Of a DNA stretch of 64,000 nt, positions 39,178 through 50,455 are shown piece by piece (position 1 is the stretch's first letter; each line of letters begins with the position of its first letter). Source of the DNA: Eledone cirrhosa (Eukaryota); NCBI GenBank assembly GCA_964016885.1, contig OZ024745.1:74400001-74464000 (forward strand). The letters are read 5' to 3'. The notes below the pieces were generated by a model that saw only the letters and a list, made by a program, of their open reading frames with translations, made no database searches and was not told where the DNA came from. The position numbers and the translations under genes were made by a program.

Positions 39178-39216
39178 GTCTACTGATGAAGGACTAGTGT
39201 CCGAAATGTAAAAACT
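39178..39216 (+). ncRNA. Degenerate minimal hammerhead core
   Basis: gtcta-CTGATGA-aGGAC tagt GTCC-GAAA-tgta; stem I not restored. Confidence 0.5.
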
Positions 39217-39857
39217 ATTTTCCTACTCTATCGTTAAATATTTCTTCATTTTATTGTGTTATTTGCTTTGTTGTTTCCATTTACTTTCTGTGTGTCTATA
39301 TATATAAATATATATATATAATTATAAAAAAAGAGAGGCGGTTTTAAGTATACATTTTCTGTTTATTATATAATCCTGTTATACGTATTTCAAAGACATA
39401 AAAGTGATTGCATAATAACCTTTTGACGTGTTTTCATCAGTGTTTTTGATATGCTACAGTAGTTAGGAACACTATGACAGCAATGTTATCTAAGTGACCT
39501 TTTTTAAGCAGTAACGTGCAATTTGTGTTATTTGTTTGCTACTCAGCCAGACTCCCTCATTGGTCTATATTACTGGAACAACAAAAGAAAATCTATTTTC
39601 TAATACCTTTCTAAGACCTTGGTCGTGTTGCTTCCAATCAATATATGCGTGCACATATCTTCTGTACAGCCTCACGCATATATCGAAATGTGTTTGTGGA
39701 AGCTTGGTAGATCTCCTTAGTATGTGTAACTCAATACGCTTTTATTTCACTAGCAACCACATGAAAGCTTTTTATTTCAATCATCCTCGATCCTTCCTCA
39801 CCAAGAACAATGCTGTGTGCTTAGCTCAGCTGCCTAAGAATGCCCCTCCCCCGTCTG

Positions 39858-39871
39858 GTTGTCATGGCAAC
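39858..39871. promoter_or_regulatory. RFX X-box
   Basis: GTTGTCATGGCAAC, one mismatch from the palindrome GTTGCCATGGCAAC, in non-repeat DNA upstream of a candidate exon. Confidence 0.6.
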
Positions 39872-39899
39872 TGATCAATTTCTGTCCAGGCTAGTGCAG

Positions 39900-40313
39900 G
39901 AGAGGAGGAGGAGTCCAGTTATAGTATATGCCTATCAATTGTGAAAGGGAAGAGGTAGGTATGTTGATGGGTGAGTAGGTAAGACGGTAGGTAGGTAGGT
40001 AGACAGGCAGGCAGCTGGCTATTTCTGCCTATTTGCTTTAGAGCTAAATAAACATTGGTTAGTCAGACTGCTCACTGACTGACTGACTGCCTCTAGGTCC
40101 AATGTGGAAGAGTTCAAAAGATATTGGACTACCGTGCAAGGGGGCGGCTGCTGGTTGGTGACGGCGATACTGAAGTTATAGGGGAATATATAGAGAAACT
40201 GTTAGCTAGCTAGTGGACAAGGTAGGATTGGCATTCAAAGACAAGTAGGGGCGGGGGAGAAAGGGACAGAGTAAATTATTAGTTTATATTGTGGTCTCTT
40301 TACTGTCTAGTTG
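39900..40313 (+). other. Candidate non-coding first exon
   Basis: Sequence not repeated in the window, after the X-box, ending at consensus donor TTG|GTAAGT (40314); start position is a guess. Confidence 0.35.
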
Positions 40314-41114
40314 GTAAGTTCATCTTCAGCAATCATTCAGTTTTCCCCACTTATCCCAGACAATCAGTTAATGCATGAGTGACAAAGTGTATGTGTGTGT
40401 CTCTTTCCCTGTAGAACACGTGACTATATACCTACATGCTCATCACTCTTAAGTGATTTTTTTTCTTTCCTGCTTTCTATCCAACATAATATATATATAT
40501 ACCTATGGTCCTTTTATTGTCGTTGTTAATGTTGATAATTAACAGCATTACGTGATCACGAAAATGTAAGCGAACGTGAGATGCCGTAAAAAGATGGGAA
40601 AATATATGTGTGTGTGTAAACACTACTTCTGTATTGAATACTCATTCTCACGTCCGTGTATGTGTGTATTTATAAAGACGTTTCGTATCTTCTATTTCTT
40701 GCCATGTTGGTGAAGTCGAGTACTTAGATGCTTCATGTGAGGCAAAAGTGTTTGTGATTTTCCTTATAGGAGTGTGTAACCTTTCTAGTAGCATTTATAT
40801 ACACGTCTGTTTATTTTACCGGTTTTGTATTGATCGTTCGATAACTCTTGTGGATTTACAGAGTAAAAAGTCCACAATTATATAGACAAGCTTCTTCAGT
40901 ACATGTGGTTATTGTACTTAGTTATTTATGTATGCTTTACTCTGTCGATGTGGTTTTCTCCGGCATCAGCAGCAGAGAGATAACAACAGCAGCAGTCGTA
41001 GGAATAGTATTAACAGCAGCAGCTTAATCACGGACAACTTAAAAACGACAGGCATGTGTTTACATTGATATGAATATAGACGGGGTAATTTTCTGGGATG
41101 TAGGTTTTTATAAA

Positions 41115-41175
41115 ATGGCTAAAGAACTCATCGAAAGGGGACATCTTAACCAAAGACAGTTGCAGGTGGCTAAAG
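41115..41175 (+). CDS. Candidate first coding exon MAKELIERGHLNQRQLQVAK (phase 1), product unknown
   Basis: aaaATGG context, 20 open codons, donor AAG|GTACGA followed by T-rich intron-like DNA; no downstream exon identified. Confidence 0.45.
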
Positions 41176-41588
41176 GTACGATTAAAGCTAGTTAATGTTT
41201 CTTCTTGTATCTAAATATTTTGTTTGTTTTTTACCTGTTCACTTTTTTTATGTAGTTGTTAAAGCTAACGTTTTGTCGTGTTAGCCGAATAAAATTTGTT
41301 GTGCATTTCTTTTTAGTTGAGGATATTGATATTTCTTTTAAGTTTCCTTTATGGCTAGTTCACCGCTGACACATTACTATGAACTTGAAAGATTTAAATC
41401 CCTTCATAAACTTAGAAAAAAAATCTTTATAAAATTGACCGTAGACAAATGTCGAGTAAGAATTAACACAGTACTCTCCCTTGTTTACTTCTGTTCATAT
41501 TAACTTACTCTCATTTCATTACATTACTGACCGTCTTTAATGTTTTTCTTTATTCACTTTCTCACTGCGCGCACACACACACACACAC

Positions 41589-41634
<46 letters not shown>

Positions 41635-41640
41635 TATATA

Positions 41641-41757
41641 AAGTATTAAACTAGTAAGGCCATTATTCAACAGAGTACTCGATACTTGGGATAGTAGAGT
41701 GTGGCTGTAGCTGTCGAAACGGCAAGAGCTCAGCCGTCGGACCCCAACTCTTTCTAA
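41641..41757. mobile_element. Miniature PLE remnant in (TA)n: minus-strand 3' tip joined to a plus-strand half hammerhead
   Basis: agagtactcgatacttgggatagtagagtg matches 20781-20810; tagctgtcgaaacggc..gagctcagccgtcgg matches 30714-30746. Confidence 0.75.
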
Positions 41758-43627
41758 TATATATCTTTCTATATATATATGCAGTTTAGAATAGTGTCGG
41801 CAAGCCATTTCAGTGCTTCTGAGGCTGTTGAGAGGTCGGGAGGTATCCGAAGACCTGATCCGAATGCTTGCAACTCCACTAAAGACATATAGAGAGCGGA
41901 GGGCTATGTGGTCTCATCATAAACAGTCAATCACTGTATCATTTGCAATAATCTTCATTACCGGGTATTCTGTTACTGGTTTTAGTTTCGTGTTTTTAGT
42001 TAATCATCGCGACCCTAGTATGGTATTTTACTGATTGATTCAACACTGGTCCTGTTTCTAATATATATATATATATACACACGCGCGCACGGTGGACTTC
42101 TGAACGGTTTCCATCTACCAAATTCCACTCACAAATACCCGGTTATTTAGGGTCTTCAATTAAAATTAAGTTACCCTAAACATGATTATGCGACCTGTTA
42201 GTTTAGTGTGTGTGGATGTAGAGATACAGCAAGCGATCGTCACCATGTGCCGCGCCGTGGGGGTGAACCGGAACCACATGGTACCTAAGAGAATTTAAGA
42301 CATGTTGCATTTATAGATCAATCTATTTTTGTCAAGATTTCTAAACTTTCCTTCTGGTGATTTTTCTATTATGACTTCAAATCAAAAGGATTTCCATACA
42401 AACAGTCGAAAGTAAATACACTGTATTTACTTATTTAATAATAATAATTTTCGTTTTTATCTTTCTTTTTTTCATATTTATGTAATCATTAATAGCTTTT
42501 AAGCCAACTTTGTAAATAAAACTTACATTGTCATAAACGGGTATATTTTTTTAATAGGATTTTCCATAGGTATATTTTTGAAGGTGTGAATTACGATTAT
42601 GTTAAATTTGAAAAAAGAAAAATATTTTATTTTTATAATTTTCATCATTATATACTTTCTGTCTGTAGTTGTTAGTAGCTAAACTTAAACTTGGGGATTT
42701 TCTTTTAACTTCCAATTTCGTTTTGACAAGATAATGTCGGGTTTTCTATGAGAATTAAATGTCACTTCTATAGCTAGAAATGTGGGCTCGACATTAAATG
42801 TTAAATCACCTTTGAAAACATATCGCCACAAAATTCTATTAAAAATATACATTAAGAAAGTCGGGTTGTGACACTAGTTACGCTAAAAATAAAACATTTA
42901 GGGACTTCAATTGCAATTAATTCAAGCTACACTCAATGTGATTCTACGACCTGTTAGTGTAGTGTGTCTAGAGAAAACGTGGAGACAGCGGAGCAACAGA
43001 GTAGGTGCCTGTCACCTGCATAGTTTTCCGTGTGATAGTAACGGCCAGTGTGTATATAATGCAATAACAGGAGAGAAAAGTTACAGATTTATATGTGCTT
43101 GGTTGACCAGTGTTGAAGTTATGGTATTAAACAACCATTGAACAGGTGAACGACAGATGACGAACACAAGACCAAAATAAAAACAACAACGATATATATA
43201 TATATATATATATATATAGTGTGTGTGTGTAAAAAGTAAACAGAAATAACAAAGCAAACGACACAGTACGTTGAAGAAATATATTAGTTTAACGCTTGAA
43301 GTAACAGGAAAATAGGCTTTATATATATAATGTGTGTGTCCGTGTCCCGGGTTCAATTGGGGGTAACCACAATAAGGTACTCAATTTATAGTAGAGTATA
43401 TATATACATTACTATGCATACACACAGAACAAACCCCAAAACATGGGTTAAATAAATGTCCTCTATTATTCTGTCCACCGAACCGGCGACCTAAATTCCT
43501 CGTTGAGTGAGAAAAAAAGAATATGAATAATTAGAACCCAATGGTTTTATATTATTTAGTGGTTGTTGTAGTGATGTTGATGGTATGATTTGGTCTGGAC
43601 TGTTCTGCTGTCTACTGTTTCACATAC

Positions 43628-44100
43628 CATTGCCACATTACCGCCAATCTCTTCTTTGCTTTCATCAATTTCTCCTTCCCTCCTCTTACTAGTACTCAAA
43701 GTTGAGGTGGTTGTGATGTCTATGTTGTTGTTGTTGGTGTGGTTACATTTTTCTTTTTCCTGCCTTTGTCGCGCTTTTTCTGTGATGATGATGATGATGA
43801 TTATGATGGTGGTGGTGAGTAGCATTGCTGGTGATAGTGGGTAGCATTGCTGGTGATAGTGGTACATGACAAGTGGTGAATTTATGGAATGCCCTAGACA
43901 TCTACTACATGAGCACTGTCTGTTTTTCTATTACTCTTTGTCTCTCTCTCTCCCTTCTAGCGAGTTGCCTATATTTAATAAACTGAAAATACTCCCCAAA
44001 AACAGTGGAGACAAGACTTCACATGAGGAGGAGATGGGCTGTAGATATAGGAGTGGAGTGTTTAGAATGGAATGTCGTAGATCCACCCAACTCCCTCCAC
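43628..44100 (-). other. Candidate minus-strand first exon ending ATG|GTATGT
   Basis: UTR-like sequence with CAT/CAA repeats; ATG at 43630-43628 directly followed by donor GTATGT; X-box ~370 bp upstream of the guessed start. Confidence 0.3.
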
Positions 44101-44107
44101 ACACACA

Positions 44108-44146
<39 letters not shown>

Positions 44147-44464
44147 GCCTTGTTAAACAGATGCACTTTCTGTATCTCAAATTAGTGACAAGAAATGGAA
44201 CATTAAAAGTAAACAAAAATGATTAATCAAGTCATCATTATCACTTTCATTTTCCTCCATGTTTCATACTGCTTTGTGGGAGGTGTGGGATATTTTCTTT
44301 AGCTTCATTTTTAACCATGTTATGACTAAGTCTATCTTGGTTTGTCTATAAGTTACTCTTCGCTTTATATTCTTCAGGGCTTGGCCATCTGACTAAAAAC
44401 TGTCTATCTCTATCAACTGTAAATCTTTTGCAATTTGCTTCTTCAACTATTCCCCCAGTGGCTA

Positions 44465-44477
44465 GTTGCTAGGTAAC
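44465..44477. promoter_or_regulatory. RFX X-box (13 bp)
   Basis: GTTGCTAGGTAAC. Confidence 0.5.
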
Positions 44478-44993
44478 CGACACTCAGGAATGGTATCTAT
44501 GCATCTAATACTCACCACAACCCTTCTACCTCCATCCCCATTCTGACTAAAACACTCACATTGCCCTCTACATCCATTCAACTATGGCAGGGTGGAGTGG
44601 AGAAGGGAAGAGATAAGTTTCTAAAGCTTTTTATACTCCATCATTTATGATTGCTCTCTATTTCTCACCACCACCACCACCTCTCTCTCTCTCTCTCTCT
44701 CATGTACCACTTTCATTCCTGTCACACTTCTCTCTGTTCAGTCTATTCCTCCAATCATATTCCTCCTTGCATATCTATAACTCCTTTCCTCTTATGATTG
44801 AGTTCTATATAACTTATTTGTCTGTCTGCCATGTCCTCTCTTGGACTATATAGCTTTTCAAGCCACCCTTTACTCCTTTACTATTAAAGAACTAAATTAT
44901 TTCCAAAGCATCATCCACTATACACATTTCAAAACAGCTTCTCCCTAAGGGAACTTGTTTTACATTTTGTTTATCATCACATACATACACACA

Positions 44994-45024
<31 letters not shown>

Positions 45025-46650
45025 GCAGCATTATTTAATGTTTTCCCTGCTAGCAAGGGTATAATAATTTATTTTTTTCTTTTCAAACTCATTTTTTATT
45101 TCAAAATTCATTTGCTCCTTTATCTGAAGTGATCTCTCTAAGATTAATTTTTATTGTTCTCTGAGGAATACAGACCATGTCATTAAGCCAAATTAATGTT
45201 TTAAAGATGGAAAAATTTTGTATTAAGGGTTGGGGGGGGGGGTCTTTTATTTTCAAAAGTGTGTAATTATTGCCCCACCCCATTCTTTTTTCTTTATCTA
45301 GCTATATATATCTTACACTTTCAATTCTCAACTTCAAAGCACATTGCATTGTCAGAGTGATGGGATTTAATCAACCTTCATGAAAATAGCTACCATTCCC
45401 TCTTCATGCTTGAAGAGTTAACTAAAGAAGAGCAACCATCTGTAAATTGACTTGCTCCTATAATCCATGCAGATATCCAAAAGCAACCAACCTATGCAAT
45501 AATAACAATAATAATCAATATGATAGAAACACCATCAGAACATAACACTACACATAGCCTAGCCAAATCACACAGAACTCTGCTCAGTAATGCAGTGACA
45601 GCTCAAAATAAAAAAAAAACATTGATAACAAATTACAAAGACTCAACATCATGAATAGTAATTTAATTATATTTAAATTGTTTTCCTCCTAAATTCGTTA
45701 TTTACTTTCAAATTCAGTTTTATTTTTTATGAATTTTTCTCAGAAATATTTCTTAAAATCTTGAAATTTCTAATTTAAAACTTGATGGTGCAAAGCAAGA
45801 ATGGTGGCTCAAGTACTTATTGAGCCTGATTGAGCAGATCTATAATTGAAGCATGTCTCTAGGGATCACACTGCTTCTCCTCTGGTGTCAAAGCTAGGGA
45901 ATAAATTACAAGGTTTCTGGCAAAGTTATCTTTAATAGGTCAATATGCTACTCAGAAAGAGAATTATTTCATTGGCTTAGCAGTTGTGGTTCACAAGAAA
46001 ACTAAGTACATTGATTTTACACTTTACAATTGAGAATAAAAAAATAAGTGTTCTTCAAGTCCCAAGAATAGTTGTTTGGGGTTTTGCATCTTGGAATGAA
46101 AGGTAGATAGGAAGTTTGGAGCAGAACTCCAAGGGAACACCATGCTTTTGATGGAGAGGCATTGATAGAGGGAAATGATTGAGTATCCACAGTTCACATT
46201 TAGAACCATTCTTTTGAAGACCCCTACTAAAAAGTCCCTCCATCATTGGCTCTGCCATGATCAGAACCCCACTATGAGGTTCCCTAATTATGAATCAAAA
46301 AGGTCCCAGACATTTTTATCTAAATAGGACCTTGTACCTGAGGGTACAAGAAAACTACTTTAAATATACTGTAAATTCAAATTCTACTGCTGCTAACTGC
46401 AGTTAGCATTCACAAATTCCTTATTACCATTTGTAAATATTAAATTAAATACAATACAGACTTGAATGCCTTTAATTTTTCTAAAGAATCAGTTTAATTT
46501 AAAAGAAAGGGAAAAAGAACCAAGGATGAATATTCTGTTGTATTTCATCAAAAATTGATGGTTAAAATAGGGGGTTCGTTCGAGATCAATATTTTGCCGA
46601 TTTTCTCCAACTTCTACCTAAATGGGGTGAGGTGCTAAAATATTTTTGGT

Positions 46651-46768
46651 TTGGAGGTGAATATTACACCAGCTTCACTTTGGATGTGAATATTACATTT
46701 GCTTGACTTTGGATGTGAATATTACATTTGCTTGACTTTGGAGGTGAATAATTCACTAGTTTCACTTT
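46651..46768. repeat. 29-bp tandem repeat, 4 copies
   Basis: ttggatgtgaatattacatttgcttgact; lies upstream of a Tc1/pogo-like end 'cggcttatattcctgactatacggta' at ~47047-47072. Confidence 0.85.
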
Positions 46769-47382
46769 CAACGTGAAATTTGTATTTTTTATGTTTTAAA
46801 TGAATATGGCCTTCAAAACTGTTGGAAATTGGTAAAAACATCATTACATAATGGAGTTGTGAAAGAAAAACTATACTCTAAGCCACACTTAAAATATTAA
46901 AACTTCATAAATATATTCTCCACATGAGAATTTCAAAACCGCGCAATCTAAACATAGTGTGTCAATTACCTGCTTCGGCTTATGAACGGGGTTTGGATTT
47001 TTGCCTATTTCTCAGGCATAAAATAGGGGCCTCTTTATATTTTGATCGGCTTATATTCCTGACTATACGGTAAGTTTCAGACACCAGCTTAAAAATAAAA
47101 AAATTCCTCATTTTACTAAATCATTCAAAATTAGACATATAGAAAGGGAAAGGTTAAACAATACATGCATAGATAAGGAGCCCATTAATAGGTCGTGCTG
47201 AAATACGGAATTCCAAGTTCAAGTCACAATATCAGAACTGAATTGTTCCCCTCCACTGGTTTCTGTCCTCAGCTGCTGAGGATATCAACATAAAACAATA
47301 GGTTCCACTCACATTTCATGCTTCAGTTGTTAGTGACTATTTATTATTCAACAATTAAAATATCTCTGCAATTATCAGTGTG

Positions 47383-47420
<38 letters not shown>

Positions 47421-47423
<3 letters not shown>

Positions 47424-48326
47424 CAAACTTGGAAGCAGGGACTAGAAAGAAAGGGTCTCAAAGTCAACATGACAAAGACTAAGGTCCTTGTAAGTAGACG
47501 AGAAAACAGAACCCAGATCCCCTCAGGGAAATGGCCTTGCTCAGTATGTAGGAAAGGTGTAGGTAGGAACTCCATTCTCTGCCCCAAATGCAAACAATGA
47601 GTACACAAGAGATGTAGCGGGATCTCAGGAAACTTAATTAAGAATGTAGGCTTCACATGCAGCAGCTGTACTGGGACAGCAAACAGCAAACAGCCACAGG
47701 AAACAAGTACCACCAATCTCTGGGAGGGCTCTGTAGAGACAGTAGACAGCTTCTGCTACCTAGGTGACCGAATTAGCAGCGGAGGTGGGTGTTCAGAAAG
47801 TACAAGGGTAAGAACGGGGTTGAAGAAGTTCAGGGAACTACTGCCACTGCTAGCTGCAAAAGGCTTCTCCCTCAAAATGAAAGGCAGACTGTATGATGCG
47901 TGTATCCGAACAGCAATGTTACATGGTAGTGAGACCTGGGCGCTGAAGGTGGAAGACTTACGTAGATTAGAGAGAAACGAAGCCTGCATGCTTCGATGGA
48001 TGTGTAATAGTAATATACGCGAACGACAAAGCATAAATGAATTGAGAGAGAGACTGAGCATAAGAGGAATCAAATGCTGTGTGCAGGAGAGGCGGTTGCG
48101 TTGGTATGGACATGTGATGCGTATGAAGGATGACAGCTGCATAAAAAGGTGCAGAGCACTAGAAGTCGATGGAAACCGCGGAGTGGGGAGACCCAAGATG
48201 ACATGGGATGAGGTGATAAAAGCCAACCTTACCCAATTACACCTCTCAAAGGCGATGACACACGACCGTGACCTCTGGCGTCACGCAATAATACAGAGTA
48301 CCCGACCTCCCATGGGTACAAGCTGA
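47421..48326 (+). mobile_element. 5'-truncated RTE LINE ORF end with an embedded PHD finger; one in-frame stop (47598-47600)
   Basis: GLKVNMTKTKVL-[GKWPCSVC..CPKCKQ*VHKRC..CSSC]-VDSFCYLG...MLHGSETW...RRLRWYGHVMRM...GRPKMTW in a single frame. Confidence 0.92.
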
Positions 48327-48639
48327 AGCATATAGACAATATGCCCCCACACCCTCCCACTGCAAGGTGGTCGTGGAGGTGCCACGGCAAAAAAAGCACC
48401 CAGCCCACACTGTAAAGTGGACGTGTAGGCGCCACAAAAAAGCACCCAGCACTCACTGTAAATGAGGTTGGTGTTAGGAAGGGCATCCAGCTGTAGAAAT
48501 CAAGCCAAATCAGTTCCTGTATGAGCAAGGCATGGTCAGCCGACCAGACACTGCCCACAACAGGACAACCCGTCTAACCCATGCTAGCGTGGAAGAAGGG
48601 ACGTAAAACGGTGATGATATATATGGTGAAGGATCTATA

Positions 48640-49325
48640 ATAATTGTTTCTACTTTTGGCACAAGGCCACCAAATCCCCAGTACATTACTGGTACTTTAT
48701 TTTATCGACCCCGTAACGATGAAAGGCAAAGTTAACCCCGGCGGGATTTGAACTCGGACCGTAAAGGGACGTAACTGTGCTGGAAAGCATGGCGTCCGAC
48801 TCTCTACCAATACTGCAAATCCAATATAATAATGGTTTCTTATTTAGGCAGAAGGCCAGCAATGGGGGGGGGGGTCGATGAAATTGAACCAGTGTGTGAC
48901 TGGTACTTTATTTTATCGACCCCGTAAGGATGAAAGGCAAAGTTAACCTCGGCGGGATTTGAACTCGGATCATAAAGGGCAAAGCATGGCGTCTGACCCT
49001 CTACAGATACTGCCAATCCAACGCACTATAATAATTGTTTCTACTTTTGGCACAAGGCCAGCAATTATCCCAGTGCATTACTGGTACTTTATTTTATCGA
49101 CCCCGTAAGGATGAAAGGCAAAGTTAATAATTGTTTCTACGTTTGGCACAAGGCCAGCAATTACCCAGTGCATTACTGGTACTTAATTTTATCGACTCTA
49201 TAAGGATGAAAGGCAAAGTTAACCTCGGCGGAATTTGAACTCAGAATGGCAAGGACCGTAACTCTATACGTCAAAGCATGGCGTCCGGCCCTCTACCGAT
49301 ACTGCCAATCCAAAGGCAAAGTTAA
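48640..49325 (-). mobile_element. Head-to-tail array of about 4-5 Meta/MESC-like SINE units
   Basis: Repeated reverse complements of the 14.8-kb unit. Confidence 0.85.
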
Positions 49326-50234
49326 TACTAATGAATAAATAGATAAATAAAAATCTTAACCTGTAAATTCTGCTTGTAATTTAATAGGATTTGTTTTCAA
49401 CTTGATAATAGTTTTAGTTTTTATACCATTACCAAAATCAGCTTGTCATTATTGCTCTACTGTTTATAGTTCAGATGAACTCTAATTTTGAGGAGATTCA
49501 CACCAGTTATCTTACAGTTTTGAAACCTTATAGCTTTTTTTTGTTTTATCATATGATATGGACCAATTTAAAAGTGACAATAAATAGTCTATCTCTCTCT
49601 ATCAGATACTTTTTAAGGCATGAAAGCCATATTGCTTTCATTTAAAGAATTAGTACTATTGGAGATTTGTTGTTTAAACCCTCGTCAAAGGTGCTTCAAG
49701 TAGGCCATTTTATAGATTTTGTATATTGAACATTACATATCCAATGTATCTTGCCTTTCTTAAGACAGTAAGCTGTGATTTGAAGGAATTCAGCAGCTAG
49801 TTATAGTTAGTTAAGCATTAAAAGCATCATCGTTGGTTCATATATATGTTTATGCATGCAAATTACACCAGGAATTGTACAAGTTTTTTTGCAGTGTATA
49901 TCCACTTTAGAATAGGTACAACATATCCCTATGTTTTAAGAAGTGACTAAAAGGGTTGGTGTCAGGAAAGGTATCTGGCTGTGAAACATTGCCTCAAAAG
50001 GTCCCAGAAAGGTTGACATAAAACGTGTGTATGTGTAAATGCTTGTTTTATAGATTTAAATTCCCTAAACATGAAGTGAATAAAGCAGTCAGCACTGTTT
50101 GCAGAGTCAGAATATTAATAATAGAGATATTTTACTTTGAAGTTTCACCAATATTACTGACTTCTCAAAACACTTTTAAGAAGCCAGGTAGTATCAGTGA
50201 AACTTTGAAGTCAACTGTTATTGATAATATATAT

Positions 50235-50455
50235 ATAAGAAGACTGTTGGTATGGACATGAGATGTGCATGGACAATGGTCACTGAGTGAAGAAGGAAGC
50301 TGCAGTAGAGGTAGACCAAGAAAGACCTAGGCAAAGGTTGTGAGAGCTGACCTGAAATCGCTGAGACTCAGAGAGGAGAGATGCCGTGCTGAGAAGGACC
50401 CGGCCAACCCATGCAAGTGTGGAAAAACGAATGTAAAAACAATGATGATGATGAA
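50235..50455 (+). mobile_element. RTE 3' fragment (family of 47421)
   Basis: RRL.WYGH, RGRPRKT remnants and (GAT)n tail. Confidence 0.7.

Noticed and set aside
41115-41175. Naming the exon as a calmodulin-like/EF-hand protein
   Set aside because: Only a vague N-terminal resemblance over 20 aa; no EF-hand exon found in the window
47598-47600. In-frame TGA as selenocysteine
   Set aside because: It replaces the conserved Trp (TGG>TGA) of the PHD motif, not a Cys; ordinary nonsense mutation
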